18,052 nucleotides of DNA, from IMG/VR virus record IMGVR_UViG_2663762648_000009; one strand, written 5' to 3'. The notes below the pieces were generated by a model. That model was not told the DNA's origin. It ran no database searches and was given only the letters and a program-made list of their open reading frames with translations. A program made the position numbers and the translations under genes. The stretch is from a virus (Duplodnaviria > Heunggongvirae > Uroviricota > Caudoviricetes). Each line of letters begins with the position of its first letter. Position 1 is the first letter of the stretch. Of this stretch, positions 1 to 14,141 are shown one piece after another.

Positions 1-66
1 CCCAAACGAATCGGAAAATCGATACTGGAAAAACTCTAACTCGGTGGCCAGTTTTTGTTGACCACT

Positions 67-6022
<5,956 letters not shown>

Positions 6023-6212
6023 GCTTACCTTCCCTGAACGAGCTAACATAAATGCGCCCTTTCTAGCACAGCGAAAAAATGTAAATACTGATAGCAATAC
6101 GATTGAAAATTAATAACTTTTCGTTAGGCAGTTTTGGGTGTGAGTTGCAAGAGGGGAGACTACTGAATAACTCAAGTTTTATAATCGAGGGGAAAATGGT
6201 GATGGCGTTCAT

Positions 6213-6246
6213 AGCAAAACGCCCTCAACCATAAAGGTCGAGGGCG
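6213..6246 (-). terminator. Putative intrinsic terminator downstream of tRNA-Asn
   Basis: Inverted repeat CGCCCTC (6220..6226) / GAGGGCG (6240..6246) with a long 13-nt loop, followed on the minus strand by TTTTG (plus 6215..6219). Lies about 90 nt 3' of the tRNA. Confidence 0.4.
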
Positions 6247-6335
6247 CTTAAGGTGTTAAAAACCCGCTATCCGTTAAAAAACAATGTTCAACTAAGGTCA
6301 GTGACATTGCGCTAAAAAAGCGAATTTTTAGAATT

Positions 6336-6411
6336 TGGCTCCTCTGACTGGACTCGAACCAGTGACATACGGATTAACAGTCCGCCGTTCTACCGACTGA
6401 ACTACAGAGGA
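6336..6411 (-). tRNA. asnT: tRNA-Asn (anticodon GUU)
   Basis: Reverse complement reads TCCTCTGTAGTTCAGTCGGTAGAACGGCGGACTGTTAATCCGTATGTCACTGGTTCGAGTCCAGTCAGAGGAGCCA: 76 nt, cloverleaf-compatible, anticodon loop CTGTTAA, encoded CCA. Matches the E. coli tRNA-Asn sequence as recalled. Gene copy name inferred from position between yeeJ and mtfA. Confidence 0.95.
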
Positions 6412-6429
6412 ATCGTGTGAACGGGGCAC

Positions 6430-6458
6430 ATATTACTTAGCGGTACCTTGTCTGTCAA
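6430..6458 (-). promoter_or_regulatory. Sigma70-type promoter for tRNA-Asn
   Basis: On the minus strand: TTGACA (plus 6453..6458), 17-bp spacer, TAATAT (plus 6430..6435), about 18 nt upstream of the tRNA 5' end. Perfect -35 and good -10 with correct spacing. Confidence 0.6.
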
Positions 6459-6511
6459 CACTAAATTTCATAAGTCATTTCAATTGGTTAATTAATCTGC
6501 AAAGTTGTTAA

Positions 6512-7309
6512 TTAATGAACATTCGTCGCCGAAAACGAGTCTGTATCATTAGCGTGATGCAGTCTCTGCAAAGGATCTTGTTGATAAAATTGGCAGAAAC
6601 GTTGCCACAATGAAGGGAAACGAGGAGCAAAAAGTTCTGGGGCGCTAAAGAAATATTCAGAAAGTACGGCAAAACATTCAGCAGGATCGCTGGCTGCATA
6701 AGCATCAATGCTCGCCGCATTCTCGCCAACCAATTCGATTTCTTCCTGAATGTTGTTCATTGCAGCATGAAGATCGTGTTCCCAGCCAGCAACCTCACGC
6801 AACGGAATAAAGGGAACTCCGCTGGCGCGATCGCCGTTACGGGTGTCCAGCTTATGAGCGACTTCATGAATAATCAGGTTAAAACCAGATGCATCAAAAG
6901 AATCTTGTATATCCAACCAGTTCAAAACGATAGGCCCTTGCTGCCAGCTCTGACCTGACTGAACAATACGTTGGTTATGCACCAGACCGATATCGTCTTC
7001 CCATTCATCATCGACCACAAATGGCGCAGGATAAATTAAGACTTCATGAAAACCATCCAGCCATTCCAGTCCTAACTCCAGAACGGGTAGGCAAAATAGA
7101 AGTGCTATCCGGCAGCTTCTTAATGAATCCAGTTCAAAGCCCTGTAAAGGAACAAGCCGCTTTTGCTGTAAAAAACGTTCGGCAAGAGTGACTAATTTGC
7201 TTTGTTCCTGTTCCGTCAGACCCGTTAAAAGGGGGATCGATAGTGCTTCCTGCCAGGGAAGGGCAGTTTGATGTGCTGATTCTTGTACTTTCCAGGGCCA
7301 CTTAATCAT
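6512..7309 (-). CDS. mtfA: Mlc titration factor A (MtfA, zinc-dependent peptidase family)
   Basis: 265-aa ORF from internal ATG 7307..7309 ([26 protein letters not shown]...), contains HEVAHKLD (HExxH-like metalloprotease motif). Recognised as MtfA from recalled sequence and position between asnT and serU. The listed 278-aa ORF starts further upstream. Confidence 0.85.
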   Translation of the reverse strand: MIKWPWKVQESAHQTALPWQEALSIPLLTGLTEQEQSKLVTLAERFLQQKRLVPLQGFELDSLRSCRIALLFCLPVLELGLEWLDGFHEVLIYPAPFVVDDEWEDDIGLVHNQRIVQSGQSWQQGPIVLNWLDIQDSFDASGFNLIIHEVAHKLDTRNGDRASGVPFIPLREVAGWEHDLHAAMNNIQEEIELVGENAASIDAYAASDPAECFAVLSEYFFSAPELFAPRFPSLWQRFCQFYQQDPLQRLHHANDTDSFSATNVH

Positions 7310-7402
7310 CGTTTTGCTCGCAAACTCGTCACTTGAACAAAATTGCACGAACAGGGACTGTTAAAATGCCAAATTTCCTGGCATCATGGCAACCATCTGA
7401 AC

Positions 7403-7492
7403 GGAGAGATGCCGGAGCGGCTGAACGGACCGGTCTCGAAAACCGGAGTGGGGGCAACTCCACCGGGGGTTCAAATCCCCCTCTCTCCGCCA
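7403..7492 (+). tRNA. serU: tRNA-Ser (anticodon CGA), long variable arm
   Basis: GGAGAGATGCCGGAGCGGCTGAACGGACCGGTCTCGAAAACCGGAGTGGGGGCAACTCCACCGGGGGTTCAAATCCCCCTCTCTCCGCCA: 90 nt, acceptor stem GGAGAGA/TCTCTCC, anticodon loop CTCGAAA, T-arm GGGGG TTCAAAT CCCCC, encoded CCA. Confidence 0.95.
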
Positions 7493-7544
7493 AAATTCAA
7501 TCACTTACACATCATTAAGTCAGTGACAAAAATCACACTTGGAA

Positions 7545-8570
7545 TTACTTGGAATATTTTCTTGGAATATTTTCAGGTAACGGGACATCAAGTGTTGGTG
7601 AAACTTTAACCTTCCTGTCATAGATTAGCACTTGCCCTTCGGTTTTGTGACCAGAGAAAAGTTGCTTATCCCGGCTGCTTCCTTCATAGTCTGAAATTCC
7701 TTTCGCCTTCAGATCATGAAAGGTGAAGTCGGTTAAAATACCTGAAATTTTGCCTGCGCGATTTCTTGCTTCTACCCACATTTCGTTAAAGCCTTTGTAC
7801 ATATATCGGTTGCCGTATTGATTGCTGATTACATAGGCGGATGTTGGTAACTGTTTTGCTTTTTCGATCGCCGCCTGTAATCGTGGACTCCATGCTTTTA
7901 TCTGTTTTTTCCCTGTTTTCCCTTGCTGGATAAAGATCCCGTCGTTTCCAATCTGCTCCCATTTCAGCGATAACACATCGGAAACCCTCGCTGCACACAG
8001 ATAGGCAATTTCCATTGCGATAAAAACAGGAAGAGGTGCAACGCTTAATACTGCCTGGTATTCTTTGTCGGTTACATATCGTTCGCGGTTTTTGGCCTTG
8101 AATTTACTTACACCTGCACATGGGTTAGCCTTCACGTACCCTCGCTCATACCCCCAACTGTAAACACGGGACATACTGCTTTTTTCATGGTTGGCTTGCG
8201 TTTTACTTTGCTCCCCTCTTTTGTCCATGTATCGACGGATGTGTTCTGGTTTTATGGAATCCGCTGGTACCTTACTGAATACGGCAAGCAACTTTTTTTG
8301 ATGTTGCAGATAATCTTTTTGTGTTCTTGGACTAAGGTCACTGTAATAGGCGCTGGCGAGGAATTTTTCCCACAAGCGACCGAATGTTATTGCACGATCG
8401 CGATTATCTACAGTTTCCTCATACTTTTTCCATAAAGCAGCTAAACCATCCTTGATGGCGGTTAGTGTGACAGATTCTCTGGATGTTGGTTTCCATACAT
8501 AACTATATTTATTTGGGTATACATTTGGAGGTAATTTTTCGTGTTCAGGATTTTTCCTTCGTCTTCCCAT
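7545..8570 (-). CDS. int: Prophage tyrosine integrase (lambda Int family)
   Basis: 341 aa with tyrosine-recombinase signature segments: AARVSDVLSLKW (Arg), HDLKAKGISD (His), GHKTEGQVLIYDRK (Tyr). ATG at 8568..8570 overlaps the stop of the upstream small gene (ATGA). Gene ends 53 nt from the tRNA-Ser 3' end, the typical prophage attachment arrangement. Confidence 0.9.
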   Translation of the reverse strand: MGRRRKNPEHEKLPPNVYPNKYSYVWKPTSRESVTLTAIKDGLAALWKKYEETVDNRDRAITFGRLWEKFLASAYYSDLSPRTQKDYLQHQKKLLAVFSKVPADSIKPEHIRRYMDKRGEQSKTQANHEKSSMSRVYSWGYERGYVKANPCAGVSKFKAKNRERYVTDKEYQAVLSVAPLPVFIAMEIAYLCAARVSDVLSLKWEQIGNDGIFIQQGKTGKKQIKAWSPRLQAAIEKAKQLPTSAYVISNQYGNRYMYKGFNEMWVEARNRAGKISGILTDFTFHDLKAKGISDYEGSSRDKQLFSGHKTEGQVLIYDRKVKVSPTLDVPLPENIPRKYSK

Positions 8571-8773
8571 CAGATCGCACCAAAATTCGGCTCTACCTCG
8601 CGTGGTGGTAAAGTTTTATTGCAGGTAAATAGATCCCGGCTGACAATCGGTTTGCCACTACGATTGGTATAGAACGGAAGCCCGTTTTCCATTAACCATT
8701 TTCGCTGGTGGCTTGCATATTTGCAGCCCGTTAATATTAGCAATTCATCTTCGGTTAAAAATAAGCTGCTCAT
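8570..8773 (-). CDS. Small int-adjacent protein, DUF4224-like, probable excisionase/recombination directionality factor
   Basis: 67-aa ORF (MSSLFLTEDELLILTGCKYASHQRKWLMENGLPF...) directly upstream of int with 4-nt start/stop overlap. Sequence pattern resembles the small proteins commonly found next to prophage integrases. Function inferred from position. Confidence 0.6.
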   Translation of the reverse strand: MSSLFLTEDELLILTGCKYASHQRKWLMENGLPFYTNRSGKPIVSRDLFTCNKTLPPREVEPNFGAI

Positions 8774-8831
8774 AGCTATATCTCATAACCGCCGCTAACT
8801 ATATACGGTTAGCGGCAATTAGGGTTGAACA

Positions 8832-11303
8832 TTAAAAATCAGCCTGACTCGGGATCAGTTTTTGCCAGATAACTGAAACGTATTTTGCCTGGTAACGGGC
8901 GTCATCAAGTGCATTATGGCGCTCACCTTCGAATGGAATAGCCGTTCTGGCATCGAAGTCTATGGCTTTCCCCAGCTCAACGATTGTGCGTACATCGCGA
9001 TCGTTGTAGTAACGCCACGGGCAGGGGATCCCCTGCCGTTCGTATGAACGGCGCAAAATCGTGTTGTCGAAGTTGGCTCCATTTCCCCAGACCTGAACAA
9101 AAAATTCACCGGAGTTTTCGTCGATAAATTCCCGCAATTGTAACAGTGCATCATCTAACGGGATTTCATCGGTCATAATGGCAGATTGCGCTTCGCGTGA
9201 TTGCTTAAGCCACCATTTAATGGTGTCCCGATCAATGACTCCGCCAGCAGTTTCCAGATCGATAGTCTTACTAAATTCCGGTCCCATATCTCCGGTTTGC
9301 GGATCGAAAAATATTGCACCTATTGAGATGATCGGGGCATCAGGATTTTTTCCCATGGTTTCAAGGTCGATCATTAGATGGTCACACGTCCTGCTGGTGG
9401 ATGTGATTTCTTGATGACCGTTCACCTTAATTGAGTGATCTGCCGTCTCGCCAGTTTCATTATCGCTATCGTGATGCTGATTGCCGCCAGTGTTCTCCTT
9501 GTGTGGATGTTCAGCGCCTTCCATTTCCTCCGGATCATCTTCCTGAACTTCAGGCTGATACTCTTTATCGAATGTTTCCTGGTATGTTGCGTCGCCCATT
9601 ACCGCGCCACAATCAGGGCAGTTGCCACCACCGCTTTGACCGCAGGCGGTGCAGACTTTTTCCGGTTCCTGTTGCGCTACTGGCTCAGGTTGTTTCGTTT
9701 CTGGCTCGTTTTGTAACGCATTTGGGCTGTTTTGTTCCGCTTTCTGGCCGTTCTGTTCCGTTTCTTGTTGGTTCTGATTCACTGAATCGCGGGTTTCAAT
9801 CCCCTTCACCCATTTCGGATCATTCGGGTCGCTAATCCCTGCAACAAATTCACCACGTGATACAGCAAGCAACTTATTGGCGTCAGGCTGGCTGATATTG
9901 GCTGCCTGCATAATTTTGTTTACTTCGTCAGCGGTAACTTTTACCGGCTCTGGTTGTGCGATCGTGTCAGATGCACCAGTATTTTGTTGTGAACCTGAGT
10001 ATGTACTGTTTTTGCGGGCGAAATATTCTTCTTTCGTGATTTCAGTAGCCCCGGCAGCCAGCGCCTTATCCAGACCAGAAAGTTTGTTTGCGCGACCGTA
10101 TTTTTCGCCATCCTTGTCGGTGAAGAGGAAGTAGAACGGCCCTTCACGCTCTACAGATGGTTCGACTTCCACTTTGCATTCGGTTTTTTCGTTGTCCGGA
10201 ATTGCCGTTTCCACTGCATCAGTTTCTGGTACTGGCGACGAGAGAGTATCAGTTGCGCTCTGATTTCTTCCTTCATCTTCAAACACGCCCTTTGTAGTCA
10301 GGTATTCAGTAATGTATTTGTTCAGTGCCACAGGATCTTTGTGAATGTCGATCGGACGTTCACGGACAAGGCCAAAAATAGTCTGGCGGTCGTAGCGAAG
10401 GGCATCAGGCTGTTTGCGCATTGATGCCGAGATACGCTTCCAGTCTTCGCGGCCGTTGTCGATAACTTCATTTTTTGCCCAGCGATGGATGCTGCCGTCA
10501 ATGTTTCCGGCATCCACATCACCAGGCCAGAGAGCGTAGGCCAGTTCGTCATCCAGTGTTTTCCATGTCTGCTTGTATTCGCGATGAATGGCAGCAATGA
10601 CCGGGCTGATTTTTCCTGTTGAATTTTCAGTGTACTGTTGATTGGCTCTGGCGCGGGCGAGATCAACAACAGACGTGTATTTTCCGGTTTCCTTGCGTTC
10701 ACCTTCGCGACGTTTTTTCCAGATGCGCATCTCTGCCTGAATTTCGGGCCATTTAGCACCAGGAATACATTTATGCTTAACCCACCCAATGGCGTGCAAC
10801 TTAAGCTCCGGATACATGGCGTTAACTTCTGGCATTTTCATCAACGCTTCAACGATATGTCCGTCGAATGTTGCCATGTCTTCCTGCAACAATTCCTGTG
10901 CGCTAATAACCATATCAACGGTGATGTTTTCACATGTGTCGAACTTAACCATGACAGCGTTCTGTACTTCAGGGGCCAGCTTGTCAAAAGTGACGTTCAT
11001 CGGATCGGATTCAGTCTCAACCGGGACAAAAGAAGCAGACTCCTCATCCCAGCGGTTTTCCTGCATATATTCAGCATCCCATGAATCGAGGGCAGGGCGG
11101 GGTATGCCAGGTTTATCCTCGCAGACAATAAATTTATAAGCGCAGTCCTGAGCAGCCGGATAATGTTCCAGGAATTGCCAGTGAAATTTTGCGCGGGCGC
11201 GACATTCATCACCGGCTTCAATGGTAGTGGCTACAGCGACTGCACCTTCTTCCTTTATTGCCTGTTCGTCCGGAATGGCGGCGCAAATAAAGACTTTACT
11301 CAT
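8832..11303 (-). CDS. Prophage exonuclease: C-terminal DEDDh (DnaQ-like) 3'-5' exonuclease domain, central Cys4 zinc ribbon, N-terminal region of unknown function
   Basis: 823-aa ORF. C-terminus carries Exo I/II/III-like motifs (MIDLETMG, WGNGANFDNTIL, HNALDDARYQ); centre has CTACGQSGGGNCPDCG. Such proteins are often auto-annotated exodeoxyribonuclease VIII, but the motifs seen are DnaQ-like rather than RecE-like PD-(D/E)XK. ATG 11301..11303. Confidence 0.85.
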   Translation of the reverse strand: MSKVFICAAIPDEQAIKEEGAVAVATTIEAGDECRARAKFHWQFLEHYPAAQDCAYKFIVCEDKPGIPRPALDSWDAEYMQENRWDEESASFVPVETESDPMNVTFDKLAPEVQNAVMVKFDTCENITVDMVISAQELLQEDMATFDGHIVEALMKMPEVNAMYPELKLHAIGWVKHKCIPGAKWPEIQAEMRIWKKRREGERKETGKYTSVVDLARARANQQYTENSTGKISPVIAAIHREYKQTWKTLDDELAYALWPGDVDAGNIDGSIHRWAKNEVIDNGREDWKRISASMRKQPDALRYDRQTIFGLVRERPIDIHKDPVALNKYITEYLTTKGVFEDEGRNQSATDTLSSPVPETDAVETAIPDNEKTECKVEVEPSVEREGPFYFLFTDKDGEKYGRANKLSGLDKALAAGATEITKEEYFARKNSTYSGSQQNTGASDTIAQPEPVKVTADEVNKIMQAANISQPDANKLLAVSRGEFVAGISDPNDPKWVKGIETRDSVNQNQQETEQNGQKAEQNSPNALQNEPETKQPEPVAQQEPEKVCTACGQSGGGNCPDCGAVMGDATYQETFDKEYQPEVQEDDPEEMEGAEHPHKENTGGNQHHDSDNETGETADHSIKVNGHQEITSTSRTCDHLMIDLETMGKNPDAPIISIGAIFFDPQTGDMGPEFSKTIDLETAGGVIDRDTIKWWLKQSREAQSAIMTDEIPLDDALLQLREFIDENSGEFFVQVWGNGANFDNTILRRSYERQGIPCPWRYYNDRDVRTIVELGKAIDFDARTAIPFEGERHNALDDARYQAKYVSVIWQKLIPSQADF

Positions 11304-11398
11304 TTTGTTTTAACCTCATTACAGATTTCAGGGTGAACGAATCCCTGCCATTGCTGGCATTTTTAATCCGTTGGTATGGCGTTAATATGGCTGGCGGG

Positions 11399-11587
11399 TT
11401 ATCCAGCCGGTATTTCGTTATTCAGGTTCAGCGATACTTTTTTTAACGGGAGGCATTCACCGGGGATTTTTTGTTCGTCCCTTACCTGAATGCAGGATGA
11501 CTTACTGTCATAAATTCCGGTAATCACATTTTGTGGCTCACCCGTTATAAGAAAAACGGTCATCACCAGTGCAAATGCTGAAGTCAC
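11399..11587 (-). CDS. ydfD: YdfD-like small protein with N-terminal hydrophobic/signal segment (Qin prophage lysis-type protein family)
   Basis: 62 aa (MTSAFALVMTVFLITGEPQNV...EQKIPGECLPLKKV...EIPAG). GTG start overlaps the dicB stop (GTGA). Position immediately after dicB matches the Qin dicBF operon order. Name from recalled similarity. Confidence 0.6.
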   Translation of the reverse strand: MTSAFALVMTVFLITGEPQNVITGIYDSKSSCIQVRDEQKIPGECLPLKKVSLNLNNEIPAG

Positions 11588-11772
11588 TGCTGTTCTCCGA
11601 TAATACCAAGTTCAAGAAGGGCAATTCTGGAAAGTATGGAATTATCATTGAGAAGATAAGGTTCATATTTTCTCATCTTAATGGCATCTTCCGTAAACTC
11701 CCGGTTACTGAGCAGAACACCAATATCAAAACAACCTTCAGACGTATTAACGTTTGGTAATAACGTTTCCAT
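11584..11772 (-). CDS. dicB: DicB-like cell division inhibitor
   Basis: 62 aa from ATG 11770..11772 (METLLPNVNTSEGCFDIGVLLSNREFTEDAI...), GAGGA 7 nt upstream. N-terminal half matches recalled K-12 DicB (METLLPNVNTSEGCF...), C-terminal half diverged. Lies ~170 nt downstream of dicF. Confidence 0.75.
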   Translation of the reverse strand: METLLPNVNTSEGCFDIGVLLSNREFTEDAIKMRKYEPYLLNDNSILSRIALLELGIIGEQQ

Positions 11773-11946
11773 TATCGCGTCCTCAACAATGAATTTTGTG
11801 ATGCGGTGCCTGGTGCCTCCAGGTGACGTTAACCAGTTAACAATTAACGCCGGATACAGAGAATCCACCCATAACACTGTTTTTGGTTTTAACTGTTCCG
11901 CGTGCGCTCAGCCGCATTCACCACATCACAAAATTCACTTTAAAAA

Positions 11947-11999
11947 GGGCGGCAGAGCAGTCACGGAGTAAAACTGATACCGCCAAACGTCACCAGAAA
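11947..11999 (-). ncRNA. dicF: DicF small RNA (copy 1)
   Basis: Minus strand reads TTTCTGGTGACGTTTGGCGGTATCAGTTTTACTCCGTGACTGCTCTGCCGCCC followed by TTTTT, matching the 53-nt DicF sRNA as recalled. Operon context (ydfABC upstream, dicB downstream) agrees. Confidence 0.85.
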
Positions 12000-12131
12000 A
12001 TTGATAACAGAGGGCGTTGCAGCGGAGTTGTCACTTAAGCGTATGGTCAACCTGACAACCCGGTGTCCTCAACGGAGGTGATGCTGCCAACTTACTGATT
12101 TAGTGTATGATGGTGTTTTTGAGGTGCTCCA

Positions 12132-12407
12132 GTGGCTTCTGTTTCTATCAGCTGTCCCTCCTGTTCAGCTACTGACGGGGTGGTGCGTAACGGCAAAAGC
12201 ACTGCCGGACATCAGCGCTATCTCTGCTCTCACTGCCGTAAAACATGGCAACTGCAGTTCACTTACACCGCTTCTCAACCCGGTACGCACCAGAAAATCA
12301 TTGATATGGCCATGAATGGCGTTGGATGCCGGGCAACTGCACGCATTATGGGCGTTGGCCTCAACACGATTTTACGTCACTTAAAAAACTCAGGCCGCAG
12401 TCGGTAA
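12132..12407 (+). CDS. insA: IS1 InsA (transposition inhibitor / N-terminal part of InsAB' transposase)
   Basis: 91 aa [37 protein letters not shown]..., zinc-finger CxxC...CxxC, canonical IS1 InsA. Confidence 0.9.
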
Positions 12408-12829
12408 CCTCGCGCATACAGCCGGGCAGTGACGTCATCGTCTGCGCGGAAATGGACGAACAGTGGGGCTATGTCGGGGCTAAATCGCGCCAGCGCTGGC
12501 TGTTTTACGCGTATGACAGTCTCCGGAAGACGGTTGTTGCGCACGTATTCGGTGAACGCACTATGGCGACGCTGGGGCGTCTTATGAGCCTGCTGTCACC
12601 CTTTGACGTGGTGATATGGATGACGGATGGCTGGCCGCTGTATGAATCCCGCCTGAAGGGAAAGCTGCACGTAATCAGCAAGCGATATACGCAGCGAATT
12701 GAGCGGCATAACCTGAATCTGAGGCAGCACCTGGCACGGCTGGGACGGAAGTCGCTGTCGTTCTCAAAATCGGTGGAGCTGCATGACAAAGTCATCGGGC
12801 ATTATCTGAACATAAAACACTATCAATAA
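12326..12829 (+). CDS. insB: IS1 InsB reading frame (expressed as InsAB' fusion by -1 frameshift)
   Basis: 167-aa ORF in the -1 frame relative to insA, overlapping it; canonical IS1 organisation. Confidence 0.85.
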
Positions 12830-13314
12830 GTTGGAGTCATTACCAACCGGAAAGTCTCCATGGTACAGACCCGTGCGCCATCAGGAACGGTTTCGGTGAA
12901 TCTGATGTTGCCGCGTTCGTCGAAGTGAACAACCAGGGTGCGGCCATCGCCTGGAATTATTTTGTCAGTGGGTGGGGTGTTATTCTGGCGCAGTTCGGCC
13001 TCCATGCGATCGAACTCAGCAATGTAGGCTTCTTTAAATGCAGCGGCTTTTTTGCCAGTGAATCCCATCACCAGGAAAACGAAGCCGTTTTTGGTGATTT
13101 GGTACATCGGGCGTTTTTCGCCTTTGGCGTCAGTGTAGGTGACGTCCTCAAAATTGAGGGCGTTAAATTCAGGTGAGCATTCAGTATTTGCGATGGCACG
13201 TAACACATTGTCGTGACGCTTGCCAAAGAACTCTGCGATCGCAATAGACGTAGTGACAGCGCGACCATTTTCGATGGTTACGTCAGGGTGAGAAAGGGCA
13301 GGGATAGTAGCCAT
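12823..13314 (-). pseudogene. Rha-family phage regulatory protein (antirepressor-like), 3' end truncated by IS1
   Basis: ORF from ATG 13312..13314 (MATIPALSHPDVTIENGRAVTTSIAIAEFFGKRHDNVLRAIANTE...), GAGGA 7 nt upstream; N-terminal region resembles the Rha domain. The reading frame runs into the IS1 right end at 12844/12845 and its last codons (VMTPTY-stop) are IS1 sequence, so the native C-terminus is missing. Confidence 0.7.
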
Positions 13315-13483
13315 GATGGCATCCTCGAGTGATAAGTTAATTAACTCACCACCGAGGTTTTCCACGACCATAAGGGTGGTGAGACGTACAGGGGTGGAAA
13401 TACCGGTCACTCGAGAACCCGGCCAGTCTTGCGACTGCCCTGCACATCCCACCATAATTTGAATGGAGCTGTGCATTACGCAT

Positions 13484-13508
13484 AAAAAAACCGCTTCAGC
13501 GCGGCTAT
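13484..13508 (-). terminator. Possible weak intrinsic terminator
   Basis: On the minus strand a short GC stem (CCGC/GCGG, plus 13491..13504) is followed by seven T (plus 13484..13490). Stem is only 4-5 bp. Confidence 0.35.
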
Positions 13509-13512
13509 GCGC

Positions 13513-13611
13513 TCAAGTAACGTTCGGGTTTCCACGCCCGGCACCCGTTTTATAAGGTGCAGGTGCACTATAATTCCACCCGTTCTGGTTTTCAATAGCT
13601 ACATTCAACAT
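13513..13611 (-). CDS. Hypothetical 32-aa ORF downstream of dicF copy 2
   Basis: ATG 13609..13611 with AGGAAAGAG upstream (MLNVAIENQNGWNYSAPAPYKTGAGRGNPNVT), followed by the T-tract hairpin. Occupies the place dicB has in the other copies. Very short, no recognisable family. Confidence 0.3.
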   Translation of the reverse strand: MLNVAIENQNGWNYSAPAPYKTGAGRGNPNVT

Positions 13612-13794
13612 TTTCTCTTTCCTTTCATCACCGAAGTGAACTTTGTTGATGCGGTGCCTGGTGCCTCCAGGTGACGTTAACCAGTTAACAATTAACGCCG
13701 GATACAGAGAATCCACCCATAACACTGTTTTTGGTTTTAACTGTTCCGCGTGCGCTCAGCCGCATTCACCACATCACAAAATTCACTTTAAAAA

Positions 13795-13847
13795 GGGCGG
13801 CAGAGCAGTCACGGAGTAAAACTGATACCGCCAAACGTCACCAGAAA
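13795..13847 (-). ncRNA. dicF: DicF small RNA (copy 2, in a diverged context)
   Basis: Same 53-nt DicF sequence. Flanks are identical to copy 1 from about 13647 to 13925, then continue to about 13970 with three substitutions relative to copy 3. Downstream (minus) it is followed by the small ORF and the Rha-like gene instead of dicB. Confidence 0.8.
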
Positions 13848-14040
13848 ATTGATAACAGAGGGCGTTGCAGCGGAGTTGTCACTTAAGCGTATGGTCAACC
13901 TGACAACCCGGTGTCCTCAACGGGGAAGGAATAACTCCGCCATACTTACCGCCGCGTCATTTCGCGTTGTGTGCCTGCTTTTAACCACGTCAGGCGAGGT
14001 GGTATCCTTCTTATCCCGAATAACCAAGAAGGAAATCTAT

Positions 14041-14086
14041 ATGACTAAAGAAGAATTTGTCTCTTATATTTTTGATAAAACGGTTG
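14041..14086 (+). pseudogene. 5' fragment of an unknown gene interrupted by IS1
   Basis: AAGGAA then 6 nt then ATG at 14041; 15 codons (MTKEEFVSYIFDKTV) before the IS1 left end at 14087. No continuation found in the window. Confidence 0.35.
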
Positions 14087-14141
14087 GGTGATGCTGCCAA
14101 CTTACTGATTTAGTGTATGATGGTGTTTTTGAGGTGCTCCA

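Larger units (their letters stand above)
11237..12076. repeat. 840-bp segment (exo 5' end, ydfD, dicB, dicF, dicF 5' flank), copy 1 of an exact direct duplication
   Basis: 11237..12076 is identical to 14846..15685 (offset 3609), confirmed by identical ORF pairs (11399..11587 = 15008..15196, 11584..11877 = 15193..15486) and by base-by-base comparison of several stretches. Boundary has a 2-bp ambiguity at the IS1 junction. Confidence 0.9.
12077..12844 (+). mobile_element. IS1 insertion sequence, complete 768 bp
   Basis: Starts GGTGATGCTGCCAACTTACTGAT and ends AAGTTGGAGTCATTACC (IS1 terminal inverted repeats); encodes InsA and InsB with the A6C frameshift motif TTAAAAAAC at 12381..12389. Flanking 9-mers differ (CTCAACGGA vs AACCGGAAA), so no target-site duplication. 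Confidence 0.95.

Noticed and set aside
1-66. Open reading frame continuing past the TGA at 67..69 to the window edge on the minus strand
   Set aside because: Twenty-two stop-free codons are not statistically meaningful on their own; noted as a possibility within the yeeJ finding rather than as a feature.
7333-7609. ORFs 7333..7518 and 7343..7609 on the plus strand
   Set aside because: They read straight through the tRNA-Ser gene and the att region; the tRNA assignment explains the sequence.
9178-11221. Several 64..155-aa ORFs on both strands inside 8832..11303
   Set aside because: Nested within or antisense to the 823-aa exonuclease ORF, which is the only one with recognisable motifs and a sensible start.
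8832-11303. Calling the 823-aa protein RecE (exodeoxyribonuclease VIII)
   Set aside because: Size and position fit the usual annotation, but the C-terminal motifs visible are DnaQ-like DEDDh rather than the PD-(D/E)XK type expected for RecE, so only a generic exonuclease call is made.
12103-12795. ORFs 12103..12315 (+) and 12505..12795 (-) inside IS1, and their duplicates at 14113..14325 and 14515..14805
   Set aside because: Overlap the canonical IS1 insA/insB frames in other frames or antisense; IS1 is known to encode only InsA and InsB/InsAB'.
13849-14091. 80-aa plus-strand ORF 13849..14091
   Set aside because: Its upstream part runs antisense across the DicF sRNA and conserved flank; only the last 15 codons, from the ATG with a good RBS at 14041, look like a real gene start.
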